In this document: positions 37,430 to 46,661 of the stretch, in pieces
How the letters are laid out: each line of letters starts with the position of its first letter
Numbering within the stretch: position 1 is the stretch's first letter
NCBI RefSeq assembly: GCF_029846635.1
Contig: NZ_JARVTG010000002.1
Span: forward strand, 103,853-167,852
DNA: 64,000 bases
Source: Pokkaliibacter sp. MBI-7
Lineage (GTDB): Bacteria > Pseudomonadota > Gammaproteobacteria > Pseudomonadales > Balneatricaceae
Direction of reading: 5' to 3'
Notes under the pieces: model-generated
Told to the model about the DNA's origin: nothing
Database searches by the model: none
Seen by the model: only the letters and a program-made list of their open reading frames with translations
Translations under genes and position numbers: made by a program

Positions 37430-38476
37430 GTGACAAAACGTATTGTCGAGTTTGATTATCTGCGTGGCATCGCCATCATCTATATCGTCCTGGGGCACTC
37501 CATTTCCAATTCCGGGCAGGGATTCCCGCTATGGCTGGAAAACCTGCTGCGTGGTGGTACGGGCGTCTTCGTTTTTGTCTCTGGCTTCTTCTTTCATCGC
37601 ATTTTCTACCCTCGGTTTGCCTACAAGGACTTCATGCTGAAAAAGCTGCAAAACGTCTTTGTACCCTTTCTGGTGGTGTCGATGGTGGGCTTGCTACTGC
37701 AGAGTGGTGAGCTGACATTTATCCATCACAAAACATGGGATGTCGTGCTCGCTGCAGACTGGAAAACCCTGCAGACAGGCTTCGTGCTTTTTCCGCACTG
37801 GTACATTCCTTTCATCATGCTGACCTTCGCAGTATCACCCGTGCATAAGTGGTACATCGAGGCCAGGCCCGCCATACAATGGGCGCTGTTTGCTGCCAGT
37901 TTTATTGCCTCGGCACTGATCCATCGCGGCGAAGAAAACATCAACGTGATTCACTCGGTGTTTTATTTCACGCCTTTCTATCTGCTGGGCATTCTCTATT
38001 CCCAGTATCAGGACAGCTTCTATCGTCACGACAAAGCTATCCAGTGGCTGTGCTGGATCGTGATGATTCTGGCGGTCTATATGCAGACTTACGTGGATGC
38101 CCATGTCGGTAACTACCACAAGCCCGCCTTTGAGTGGCGTGGTGTGGACTGGCAGATGGTGCAGAAGATGGCGGCCTGCATTCTGTTGCTTGAGCTGAGC
38201 CGCTGGATGGTGGGTAAGCCCGGTGCGGATCACCTGCATTTTCTTGCCCGTATCAGCTTCGCTATTTTCTTCCTGCATCCTATTTTCGCGGTCATTATCG
38301 GCACCACCATCTGGTACGCCGGTACTCATTATGGTGTGCATTTGCCGCAGACACTGGGGTGGAGTCTGGGCTTCTCGCTGTTGATGTATCTCTATCTGAT
38401 GTATTGCACCGTGGCTCTGGTGCTACTGCTGAAACGCTGCCTGGGAGAGCGCAGCCGTTGGGTAATGGGTTGGTAA
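37430..38476 (+). CDS. Acyltransferase family 3 (OafA/OpgC-like) integral membrane O-acyltransferase, paralog 1
   Basis: IVEFDYLRGIAIIYIVLGHS...GTGVFVFVSGFFFHRIF is the Acyl_transf_3 signature. Start placed at GTG 37430, preceded by GGAG at an 8-nt spacing. This gives a length matching paralog 2. The ORF is open up to 37274. Confidence 0.75.
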   Translation: MTKRIVEFDYLRGIAIIYIVLGHSISNSGQGFPLWLENLLRGGTGVFVFVSGFFFHRIFYPRFAYKDFMLKKLQNVFVPFLVVSMVGLLLQSGELTFIHHKTWDVVLAADWKTLQTGFVLFPHWYIPFIMLTFAVSPVHKWYIEARPAIQWALFAASFIASALIHRGEENINVIHSVFYFTPFYLLGILYSQYQDSFYRHDKAIQWLCWIVMILAVYMQTYVDAHVGNYHKPAFEWRGVDWQMVQKMAACILLLELSRWMVGKPGADHLHFLARISFAIFFLHPIFAVIIGTTIWYAGTHYGVHLPQTLGWSLGFSLLMYLYLMYCTVALVLLLKRCLGERSRWVMGW

Positions 38477-38524
38477 GATGCCAGCCCTTTGCCATCCATT
38501 TTCGTGCTGCATGGAGTGACAGCC

Positions 38525-39568
38525 GTGAATCATCGTATCCTTGAATTCGACTATCTGCGTGGCATCGCCATCCTCTACATTTTATTAGGCCATTCCATCT
38601 ACAACTCAAACGAAGGCTTTCCGGTACTGCTGGAGAACCTGCTGCGCGGTGGTACGGGAGTATTTGTCTTCGTTTCTGGCTTCTTTTTCCATCGGGTGTT
38701 CTATCGCCAGTTTGAATATCGCTCCTTCATGGTGAAGAAGATTCAGAATGTCTTCGTGCCTTTTCTGGTGATTTCTGCTGTCGCCATTGTGCTGCAAATG
38801 AATGAATGGCTGTTCATCCACGGCAATACCTGGGACGAAGCGCTGGAAATTGAATGGAAGATTCTCCGCGATGGCTACGTGCTGTTCCCGCACTGGTATA
38901 TCCCTTTCATCATGCTGACCTTTTTGTTGTCACCATGGCATAAGGCCTATATCGAGAAGCCTCTGGCGCTGCAGCTTGGGTTGCTGGCACTGAGCAGTGT
39001 GGTGGCGGTTTTTCTCCAGCGTGGTGCTGACAACGGGCCGATACAGTCGCTGTTCTATTTCACCCCGTTTTACCTGCTGGGGATCCTGTACTCGCAGTAT
39101 CAGGACTGGTTTGAGCGCAACAAGAAGCCATTACTGATGCTCTGTGCCGTGCTGGTACTGGTAGCACTATTCATGCAGACCTATGTGTTCTTTCATGTGG
39201 GCAACTACCACAATGCGCCGCTGCGTTTCCGTGGTGTGGACTGGCAGTTCATACAGAAAATGGCAATCTGCTTACTGTTGCTGGAGCTGAGCCGCTGGAT
39301 GGTGGATAAACCGGGTGCAGATCATCTGCACTTTCTCGCCCGTATCAGTTTTGCGCTCTTCTTCCTGCATCCCTTCCTGTCGATGGTGGTGGCTGACGGG
39401 CTGCTATTTCTGCATAACGTCTTCGCTTTCGACATCCCGCATAACACCCCCTGGTCCATGGGAATGCTGGTGTTCCTGTTCCTGTTCCTGACGTATGGCA
39501 CAGTTGGGTTGATTCTGTTACTCAAACGCTGGTTAGGTCATAACAGCCGCTGGGTCATGGGCTGGTAG
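38525..39568 (+). CDS. Acyltransferase family 3 membrane protein, paralog 2 (tandem duplicate)
   Basis: ILEFDYLRGIAILYILLGHS...GTGVFVFVSGFFFHRVF. Start placed at GTG 38525 with GGAG at an 8-nt spacing, positionally equivalent to the paralog 1 start. The ORF is open up to TTG 38489. Confidence 0.75.
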   Translation: MNHRILEFDYLRGIAILYILLGHSIYNSNEGFPVLLENLLRGGTGVFVFVSGFFFHRVFYRQFEYRSFMVKKIQNVFVPFLVISAVAIVLQMNEWLFIHGNTWDEALEIEWKILRDGYVLFPHWYIPFIMLTFLLSPWHKAYIEKPLALQLGLLALSSVVAVFLQRGADNGPIQSLFYFTPFYLLGILYSQYQDWFERNKKPLLMLCAVLVLVALFMQTYVFFHVGNYHNAPLRFRGVDWQFIQKMAICLLLLELSRWMVDKPGADHLHFLARISFALFFLHPFLSMVVADGLLFLHNVFAFDIPHNTPWSMGMLVFLFLFLTYGTVGLILLLKRWLGHNSRWVMGW

Positions 39569-39604
39569 TGCGCTACCTGACAAGGTGCCATCTGTCTGGG
39601 GTGG

Positions 39605-40102
39605 TTAATTGCGCAGCATCGAACGGATGACATGCGCAACCACCCCGAAAATCTCCAAATCCATACCATCGTTGACGCTGATCGGCAGCTGACGGGAGTT
39701 CAGGGGTAACAGGCGAAGCTGAGGTTGTGTCGCCAGCTTGCGTACCATGAATTGCCCGTTCAGACGCACTACCACCAGATCGCCATGGCGTGCCTGCAAG
39801 GCGCGATCAACCACCAGAATGTCATTGGGAGCAATGCCCATACCCTGCATAGCCTCGCCACTGGCGCGCAGGAAAAAGGTGGCTGTGGGGTGTTTCACAC
39901 AGAGTTCATTCAGATCAAGCGGGTGATCAACGCTCTGTCCATCACGTTCTGGCAGGCTGGCGTAACCCTCGGTCACCATGTTTTTGTCTGTCTCACGTTG
40001 TGGCTGCGAACCGCTATGGTTGAACAGCAATGACAAGCCCAGGTTCCTGAAGAAACCGCTACGTCCCAGCAAGGTGATCTCATGCATCATGGCTGACCTC
40101 AT
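39605..40102 (-). CDS. umuD: UmuD-like S24 LexA/UmuD-family self-cleaving peptidase. Orphan: no umuC and no DNA-binding domain
   Basis: HPTATFFLRASGEAMQGMGIAPNDILVVDRALQARHGDLVVVRLNGQFMVRKL...LLPLNS...FGVVAHVI aligns with E. coli UmuD (Ser/Lys dyad region). Two LexA boxes lie immediately upstream. Confidence 0.8.
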   Translation of the reverse strand: MRSAMMHEITLLGRSGFFRNLGLSLLFNHSGSQPQRETDKNMVTEGYASLPERDGQSVDHPLDLNELCVKHPTATFFLRASGEAMQGMGIAPNDILVVDRALQARHGDLVVVRLNGQFMVRKLATQPQLRLLPLNSRQLPISVNDGMDLEIFGVVAHVIRSMLRN

Positions 40103-40136
40103 TGAATGTTTAGACAGAAACGACGAATTACTGTGT

Positions 40137-40156
40137 TGGCTGTGTATTTATACAGT
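40137..40156 (-). promoter_or_regulatory. LexA (SOS) box 1: GGCTGTGTATTTATACAGTG (CTGT-N8-ACAG)
   Basis: Matches the consensus TACTGTATATATATACAGTA. Lies about 35 nt upstream of the umuD-like start. Confidence 0.7.
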
Positions 40157-40192
40157 GGTTTGATGGGCGAGAAAAGATGGAAAGGATAAAAA

Positions 40193-40212
40193 CACTGTAT
40201 GAAAAAACAGTA
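40193..40212 (-). promoter_or_regulatory. LexA (SOS) box 2: CACTGTATGAAAAAACAGTA
   Basis: CTGT-N8-ACAG with AT-rich spacer. Lies about 90 nt upstream of the umuD-like start. Confidence 0.65.
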
Positions 40213-40291
40213 TTTCGGTAAGTTTTTGATTTTGAATGGCAGTAAATATCACTGAAAGGTACTGCAGGAAGGGACTATTGCAGGAAAGGGC

Positions 40292-40324
40292 TGCACCATG
40301 AGGCATCCACAGCCTCATGGTGCA
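40292..40324 (-). terminator. 12-bp stem hairpin (TGCACCATGAGG-catccacag-CCTCATGGTGCA) about 50 nt downstream of the DUF1479 gene stop
   Basis: Perfect inverted repeat read from the sequence. Confidence 0.45.
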
Positions 40325-40373
40325 TTCAGTGATGTTTTGTATGCAGGCGCCAGAAGCACATCGTGAAGACGTC

Positions 40374-41612
40374 CTAATAGCCCATTTGCCGTTTGCCCAG
40401 TTCTGTCAGGTCGTCAGGCAAGGCTCTGCCAGTGAAGTCCACTTCGTAATTCTCCGGAGCAAAGTCTGGGGAGGATTTACCTGCTTCAAAGGCGGGCCGT
40501 TGCAGCGCCAGGAAGTCACGATTCTTCTGGCAGTCGGGAGCGGCGCCTATATAGATCACATTGCTGTAGCCCTGGCTTTTGTTGTGATCTTCGACACCAT
40601 GAATCACATCCGGGTGCCACCACACGGTATCGCCGGGATAAACCGTTGGGATAGGCACAAAGGCCTGCAGCAACAGCTGATGATACTTTTCCGTAACGGA
40701 CAGGGCGCGGCCGGCTTTGGCGCCACAGAGCTCATCGTCTGGCACATCATCCTGCAGTGCCCGCAGCAGCATCCAGGCCATGGCATCTGCGATGGGGACG
40801 AGGTTCAGTGTGCCATCTCCCGGACCTTGCTGGCTCATGGCCGTCCAGCCCTGATAGGTACGAAACATGCGGCAGACGGCCGGTGAGGGGATCTCCACGG
40901 CTTCGGTGCGGTACAGCGAGTCAAACGGCTGGTAGGCTGCCAGATCGCCACCGAATACATGGCGGTAGACCTGGCGGTAGCTGGGTTCGATCCAGCGTTC
41001 AATAGTGCCGCCATCGACATGAGGTGACAGACCCAGTGTTTTGTCCCCGGGTTCACGCTGGCGCGCACGATCAGCGTAGCTGCATTCCTGATCAGGATTG
41101 AAGACCTGCTGGCCGTCATATTCGAAAGTCCACAGCCGGTTGAGCCAGCGGCGGGTGAGAGCCAGCTGCTCCGACTGACGTGCCATTACCTGTGGTTTGG
41201 ACCAGTACAGGCCAAAAATTTGCGGGCGGCCGCTGGCTAATGCACTGAAGTAGTTGTCGAGCCCGCGTTTTTCGACTTCCTTGCTGAAATAGTCATTCTC
41301 GTTGACGTACTCCATCAACTGACGATTCCACTCATCCACCTGTTCACGCGGGAACACATTGCGCACCACCACGCAGCCGCGGCGGCGAATGCGGGTCTTG
41401 AGTTCATCCATGCCTTCCTCCTGCAGGTCGGCAAAGTTCACCACCGGAATGGGGGATTCCCCGCTGGCGACGCAGGCCTGGATGTCCTCTACCTGCTGCT
41501 GGATGCGGGCCGTCATGGCGGCAAAGCGTTCTGGCAGGTCACTGATCTGTGCTTTCAGCAGGCGTTTGGCTTCAGCAATTCGAGGGCGGAACTGTTCGGG
41601 ATCAAGGCTCAT
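40374..41612 (-). CDS. DUF1479 family protein (YbiU-like)
   Basis: Length and N-terminal pattern resemble E. coli YbiU. Recognition is weaker than for other calls. Confidence 0.55.
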   Translation of the reverse strand: MSLDPEQFRPRIAEAKRLLKAQISDLPERFAAMTARIQQQVEDIQACVASGESPIPVVNFADLQEEGMDELKTRIRRRGCVVVRNVFPREQVDEWNRQLMEYVNENDYFSKEVEKRGLDNYFSALASGRPQIFGLYWSKPQVMARQSEQLALTRRWLNRLWTFEYDGQQVFNPDQECSYADRARQREPGDKTLGLSPHVDGGTIERWIEPSYRQVYRHVFGGDLAAYQPFDSLYRTEAVEIPSPAVCRMFRTYQGWTAMSQQGPGDGTLNLVPIADAMAWMLLRALQDDVPDDELCGAKAGRALSVTEKYHQLLLQAFVPIPTVYPGDTVWWHPDVIHGVEDHNKSQGYSNVIYIGAAPDCQKNRDFLALQRPAFEAGKSSPDFAPENYEVDFTGRALPDDLTELGKRQMGY

Positions 41613-41658
41613 GGTGCAGGTCTCCAGAGGCTGATATTGGATTTATTGTGGGCGTCCG

Positions 41659-42708
41659 TTATTGCGGTAGTTGCAAGTGAGTAAGCACGGGCAGGGGCTC
41701 CGGCTGTTCACTGCTTCTGATCAGTTGCAGGATCTGTTCAGCCATGATGCCGCCTGCCTGTTGCAGGTTTTCCTTGAAGCGGATCAAGGGCAGGTTGAGA
41801 TAGTCGCCGATGCTGGTGAGCTGTTTGATCGCAATATCCACATCGCTGCCAATGATGCGGCCGCGACGTTGCAGCAGGGAGATCACCGGCAAGGCGGCGG
41901 TTTCTTCGGGAATGAAAAACGCATCGCAGTCCTGCCAGACGGTATCGGCATAGGCATGAAGCAGTTCCGGCAAGGTGTTCAGATCCACTCCCTCGGCAAT
42001 CAGCCGCGGCAGACCCGCTTCATGCATGGCACGGCTGTAGCCATCGAGAATATGCCCGCGGTAGGTGTTGCGCGCTGGCGGCAGGATCACCCGGATACGC
42101 GTGCGGCCGCGTGCTATCAGTGCCTGAGTGGCCTGATAGGCAAAGGTTTCATTGGCAAAATCACAGTAGCTGTGAGGCGTTACCATTTCGGTGCGACCGT
42201 GGGTGACAAAGGGAATGCCCACTTCGCTGAGGTATTTCACCCGCGGATCCTGTGGCTGGGTATGAGTCAGGATCAGACCATCCGCAGCACGACGCTCCAC
42301 CAGATAGCGCACGGTATCCAGTGGGCTTTCGCCAGGTTGTTCAGGTACCACAATCAGGTGATAGCCGGAGTTGATCAGGCCGTCGCTCATGCCCAGCAGC
42401 ATCAGGCGGGCAAAGGCGTGCAGCCGGTCTTCACGATTGAGGACAAAGGCGATGACCTGGGTCCGGCCGGTCTTCAGGCGCACCGCAGCCCGGTCCTGGT
42501 GATAGCCGAGACGTTTGGCGGTTGCCAGTATTTCCTCGCGGGTAGCCTCACGCATGGGGCTGCCGCCCGACAGGGCACGGGATACCGTCGCAATGGAAAA
42601 CCCGGTGGCCGCTGCAATCGTCTTGATGGTGGCGGAAGCTCTGGTCGCCGATCCGCTGGTGGCTTTCATCGCTGTGCTGCGGTCGGGCTTATCGGCTGTA
42701 CTGACCAT
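41659..42708 (-). CDS. LacI-family transcriptional regulator
   Basis: HTH ATIKTIAAATGFSIATVSRALSG, followed by a periplasmic-binding-protein-like sugar-binding core. Alternative start at ATG 42669. Confidence 0.85.
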   Translation of the reverse strand: MVSTADKPDRSTAMKATSGSATRASATIKTIAAATGFSIATVSRALSGGSPMREATREEILATAKRLGYHQDRAAVRLKTGRTQVIAFVLNREDRLHAFARLMLLGMSDGLINSGYHLIVVPEQPGESPLDTVRYLVERRAADGLILTHTQPQDPRVKYLSEVGIPFVTHGRTEMVTPHSYCDFANETFAYQATQALIARGRTRIRVILPPARNTYRGHILDGYSRAMHEAGLPRLIAEGVDLNTLPELLHAYADTVWQDCDAFFIPEETAALPVISLLQRRGRIIGSDVDIAIKQLTSIGDYLNLPLIRFKENLQQAGGIMAEQILQLIRSSEQPEPLPVLTHLQLPQ

Positions 42709-42800
42709 CTCGGTGTCGTTACCTGTTCAGGGTCTTCTGCAGTGTGTTGTGAGCGCTGTTGCTGCTCACTTCCTGCGGCTGAGTCTCGGGTTAAAACAAA

Positions 42801-42818
42801 AATGAAAACGTTTTCATT
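42801..42818. promoter_or_regulatory. Perfect 18-bp palindrome AATGAAAACGTTTTCATT. Candidate LacI-family operator (autoregulatory position)
   Basis: Matches the generic LacI-family operator core TGnAAACGTTTnCA. Sits in the divergent intergenic region 93 nt from the regulator start. Confidence 0.6.
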
Positions 42819-42921
42819 TTGTGCGGAAACTATAGAGCAAGCACTCAGACAAGTACAACCTGACCCAGATAAAAATCCACTTTGACGAAAAACGATCTCT
42901 TTGCTAAGTCTTTATAGCCTA

Positions 42922-42935
42922 TGAAAACGTTTACA
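42922..42935. promoter_or_regulatory. Second near-palindromic LacI-type operator TGAAAACGTTTACA upstream of the sugar ABC operon
   Basis: Same half-site as the first operator. About 155 nt upstream of the SBP gene. Confidence 0.5.
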
Positions 42936-43090
42936 GAGCGGGTCGGTTAATGCCTCTGCAGACGGTTCTTCAAATATCCGTTGAACCATCCTGTCGAGTG
43001 AACGAAGTCTGAAAGAGCTATGCCGTAAAAGAAGAGCCATGCAGTAAAAAGCGCCGCAAAGGCAGATTCCAAAAATAAGGAGAATAAGTA

Positions 43091-44347
43091 ATGAATCTGA
43101 AGAAACTGGTCGCAGCGGTTGGTTGCGCCTCCATCGCATTGATTGCCGCACAGAATGTTCAGGCCGCCGGAAAGGTTGAGGTGCTGCACTGGTGGACCTC
43201 GGGAGGCGAGGCCAAGGCGCTCAATGTACTCAAGGATGATCTGCAGAAAAAAGGTATTACCTGGGAGGACATGCCCGTCGCTGGCGGTGGGGGTGAAGCC
43301 GCCATGACCGTTCTGCGTGCCCGGGTGGCCTCTGGCAATCCCCCTACAGCGGCGCAGATGCTGGGCTTTGATATTCAGGACTGGGGCGCGCAGGGGGTGG
43401 TAGCCAACCTTAATGATGTGGCCAGGGAAGAGAACTGGGATAACGTCATTCCTGCGGCCATCCAGCGCTTTTCCAAGTACGACGGTAAATGGATTGCGGC
43501 ACCGGTCAACGTACACTCCACCAACTGGATATGGGCCAACAAGAAGATTTTTGATGAGCTTGGCCTGACTCCTCCTACTGATTTTGATGGCATGGTCAAG
43601 GCGCTGGATAAGATCAAGGCCGCTGGTTATATCCCGCTGGCTCATGGTGGTCAGGCCTGGCAGGACGCCACCCTGTTCGACAGCGTGGTAATGACGACAG
43701 GTGGCCCTGAGTTCTACCAGAAAGCGCTGATCGATCTTGATCAGGACGCCCTCAAGTCTGACACCATGAAGCAAGTGTTCGAGCGGATGCGTATTCTGCG
43801 CAGCTATGTGGACGACAACTTCTCAGGCCGTGACTGGAACCTGGCATCCGCTATGGTAATTGATGGCAAGGCCGGTATGCAGATCATGGGTGACTGGGCC
43901 AAGGGCGAATTCCTCAATGCCGGCAAGAAGCCCAATGAAGACTTCCTCTGCTTCCGTTTCCCCGGTACTCAGGGCACTGTCACGTTCAACTCTGATCAGT
44001 TTGTTATGTTCAAGGTTGGCGATGACCGTGCCGAAGCGCAAAAAGAGCTGGCCAAGGCCATCCTCTCTCCGACTTTCCAGAGTGCCTTTAACGTGGTCAA
44101 AGGGTCTGTGCCTGCACGCACCGATGTGTCGGATGCTGCCTTTGATGCCTGCGGCAAGAAAGGCATGGCAGATCTGAAAGAGGCCGCAGACAAGGGCACT
44201 TTGCTGGGCTCGATGGCACATGGCCATGCTGCACCTGCCGCGGTCAAAAATGCCATGTATGACGTGATCACTGCCCATTTCAACAGCGATATGTCCGCCG
44301 AAGAAGCCGTGAAGCAGCTAGCTGGCGCAGTGGCTGGCGCGCAGTAA
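43091..44347 (+). CDS. ABC sugar transporter periplasmic binding protein (GtsA/glucose-mannose-binding like, SBP family 1)
   Basis: Signal peptide, then [54 protein letters not shown]... typical of GtsA. RBS GGAGAA. Confidence 0.85.
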   Translation: MNLKKLVAAVGCASIALIAAQNVQAAGKVEVLHWWTSGGEAKALNVLKDDLQKKGITWEDMPVAGGGGEAAMTVLRARVASGNPPTAAQMLGFDIQDWGAQGVVANLNDVAREENWDNVIPAAIQRFSKYDGKWIAAPVNVHSTNWIWANKKIFDELGLTPPTDFDGMVKALDKIKAAGYIPLAHGGQAWQDATLFDSVVMTTGGPEFYQKALIDLDQDALKSDTMKQVFERMRILRSYVDDNFSGRDWNLASAMVIDGKAGMQIMGDWAKGEFLNAGKKPNEDFLCFRFPGTQGTVTFNSDQFVMFKVGDDRAEAQKELAKAILSPTFQSAFNVVKGSVPARTDVSDAAFDACGKKGMADLKEAADKGTLLGSMAHGHAAPAAVKNAMYDVITAHFNSDMSAEEAVKQLAGAVAGAQ

Positions 44348-44534
44348 TTTGCGACTCGCCTTTGTCTCCTGTCGCTCTGAGCTGAAGCCCTGCCATTGAT
44401 GGCATGGCCTCAGCTCACGGGCTCGGAATAACCATGTTGCCCCGGTGTGCTGCACCGGTGGCGACGAGGCGGCTGGCATTGCACCTGTCTGATTACAGGT
44501 GGAAGTCGACCCGGCCGCAACAGGGTCAAGAACC

Positions 44535-45428
44535 ATGCAAAATTACCAACGTGATTGGCTCCAGCGCATGCTGCCCAGGTTGGCACTTTCTCCCAGTCTG
44601 GCGGTGATCCTGGTCTTTGTGTACGGCTTTATCGTCTACACCAGCTATCTGTCTTTCACCAATTCAAAAATGTTCGCCTCCACCGATCTTATCGGTCTGG
44701 AGAACTACGTCAGGCTGTTCAATTTACCGAACTGGCATCTGGCACTGAAAAATCTCGGTATTTTCGGTGGGCTCTACATCCTGATCTGCGTGTGTCTGGG
44801 CCTGTTTCTGGCCATCCTGCTGGATCAGAAAATTCGCGGCGAAGGGTTGATTCGTCCGGTGTATCTCTACCCGATGGCCGTCAGCTTTATCGTCACCGGT
44901 ACCGCCTGGAAGTGGTTTCTCGACCCCAGCATCGGGCTCGAGCATGTCATGCACCTGTGGGGCTGGGACAGTTTCACCTTCCGCTGGATCAAGGAAACCA
45001 ACACCGCCATTTATTGCGTGGTGATTGCGGCGGTGTGGCAGTCATCCGGTTTTGTGATGGCGATGTTTCTGGCCGGTTTGCGCGGTATCGACAATGAGGT
45101 GCTGAAGGCGGCTCAGGTGGATGGTGCATCGCCTTATCATATGTACCGGCGCATCGTGATTCCGATGCTGCGGCCGGTATTTCTGTCGGCGTTCGTGGTG
45201 CTGGCGCACATGGCCATCAAGTCCTATGACCTGATTATTGCCCTGACCAATGGCGGGCCGGGCAGGGCGACGGAGTTACCCGCCACGTTCATGTATTCGT
45301 ATACCTTTACCCGCAATCAGATGGGAGTGGGGGCAGCATCAGCCGTCATCATGCTGATGACAGTAGCAGCGATCATTGTGCCTTATCTGTATTCCGAGCT
45401 GCGGGAGCGTCAACATGAGCGTAACTAG
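44535..45428 (+). CDS. ABC sugar transporter permease (GtsB-like, MalF/UgpA type)
   Basis: WLQRMLPRLALSPSLAVILVFVYGFIVYTSYLSFTNS. EAA loop region. Start chosen at ATG 44535. The ORF is open from GTG 44499. Confidence 0.85.
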   Translation: MQNYQRDWLQRMLPRLALSPSLAVILVFVYGFIVYTSYLSFTNSKMFASTDLIGLENYVRLFNLPNWHLALKNLGIFGGLYILICVCLGLFLAILLDQKIRGEGLIRPVYLYPMAVSFIVTGTAWKWFLDPSIGLEHVMHLWGWDSFTFRWIKETNTAIYCVVIAAVWQSSGFVMAMFLAGLRGIDNEVLKAAQVDGASPYHMYRRIVIPMLRPVFLSAFVVLAHMAIKSYDLIIALTNGGPGRATELPATFMYSYTFTRNQMGVGAASAVIMLMTVAAIIVPYLYSELRERQHERN

Positions 45429-46302
45429 CAAAAGCGATGGCGCTGCCGTTCGCACCAGCCAGGTCATGCGGCGGGTCATTTATCTGGTACTGCTGCTCTT
45501 TGTACTGTTCTACCTGTTGCCGCTGTTTGTGATGGTGGTCAACTCGCTCAAACCCCTCGATGAAATTCGCAGTGGCAATATGCTGGCGCTACCTCATATG
45601 TGGACGCTGGAGCCCTGGCTGGAAGCCTGGTCGAAGGCGCAGATCGGCGTGCAGCCCACCGGCCTCAAGCCATACTTCGTCAACTCCATCCTGATCGTGG
45701 TGCCAGCAGTCATGCTGTCCACCCTGTTCGGAGCGATCAATGGTTATGTACTGACCAAGTGGCGCTTCCCCGGCCATAAACCGATATTTGGCCTGATGTT
45801 GTTCAGCTGCTTTATTCCTTTCCAGATCGTGCTGATTCCCGCTGCCAAGATTCTCGGCTGGCTGGGGTTGGGAGGCACCACCTGGGGGCTGGTGGCGGTG
45901 CATGTGGTCTATGGTCTGGGCTTTACCACCCTGTTCTTCCGCAATTACTACGAAGCCTTCCCGACCGAGCTGGTGCGTTCTGCACAGCTTGACGGAGCAG
46001 GGTTCTGGCAAATCTTCTACCGCATCTTACTGCCCAGCTCTGGCCCAATCATTGTGGTGACGGTGATCTGGCAGTTCACCAATATCTGGAACGATTTCCT
46101 CTTCGGTGCCTCGTTCAGTGACTACGACTCCCAGCCTATGACCGTCGCCCTCAACAATCTGGTGAACAGTTCCACCGGAGTGAAGGCCTATAACGTACAT
46201 TTTGCCGGTGCCTTGCTGGCCGCCCTGCCCACACTCATCGTCTACGTGGTGTCAGGGCGTTATTTTGTCAGAGGTCTGATGGCGGGGTCAGTCAAGGGCT
46301 GA
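45415..46302 (+). CDS. ABC sugar transporter permease (GtsC-like, MalG/UgpE type)
   Basis: Six TM segments, EAA motif region. Start ATG 45415 with GGGAG RBS. 14-nt overlap with the upstream gene. Confidence 0.85.
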   Translation: MSVTSKSDGAAVRTSQVMRRVIYLVLLLFVLFYLLPLFVMVVNSLKPLDEIRSGNMLALPHMWTLEPWLEAWSKAQIGVQPTGLKPYFVNSILIVVPAVMLSTLFGAINGYVLTKWRFPGHKPIFGLMLFSCFIPFQIVLIPAAKILGWLGLGGTTWGLVAVHVVYGLGFTTLFFRNYYEAFPTELVRSAQLDGAGFWQIFYRILLPSSGPIIVVTVIWQFTNIWNDFLFGASFSDYDSQPMTVALNNLVNSSTGVKAYNVHFAGALLAALPTLIVYVVSGRYFVRGLMAGSVKG

Positions 46303-46338
46303 CGGGCTGAGAGTCATCACGTTTTTCCACCTGACGCT

Positions 46339-46363
46339 GGGCCAGTAACGCTGTTACTGGCCC
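46339..46363 (+). terminator. Perfect 11-bp stem / 3-nt loop hairpin (GGGCCAGTAAC-gct-GTTACTGGCCC) 37 nt after the permease stop
   Basis: Read directly from the sequence. No U-tract. Where the ABC ATPase gene would be expected there is only 360 nt of non-coding DNA. Confidence 0.45.
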
Positions 46364-46661
46364 ATTGCTGTCAGAAGGTGTTCGCGAGCACAGGGCAGAC
46401 AGGGGCTGACGAAGGACTGTTACTCGTCAATGAGCTGGTAAGTCTGACAGGGGGCCGCGAAGGTCTTTCCAGCGCCGAGTGATGGGTGCACGGCTGATCA
46501 TCAGCAAAATGTCATCGCCTGCTGGCATATACCGCTGAGCTGACCATAATCATTGATACTGCGTGCTTTTTGATGCTGCCCGACAGCCAACATCCTCTTT
46601 TTGCAGATCAGCAGTGTACGGGTGATCTGCATTTCCAGTGATCTGACAGGAGCTCCGCTTA

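Noticed and set aside
39605-40102. Full umuDC translesion polymerase operon
   Set aside because: Only the UmuD-like gene is present. Downstream DNA encodes acyltransferases on the opposite strand, so no umuC call was made.
41671-42885. 404-aa plus-strand ORF
   Set aside because: Antisense to the LacI regulator gene. Gly/Ala/Arg-rich junk composition.
46303-46661. Possible degraded ABC ATPase pseudogene after the sugar permeases
   Set aside because: The 360-nt gap is too short and shows no Walker A/B or signature motifs in any frame. Interpreted as non-coding with a terminator-like hairpin.
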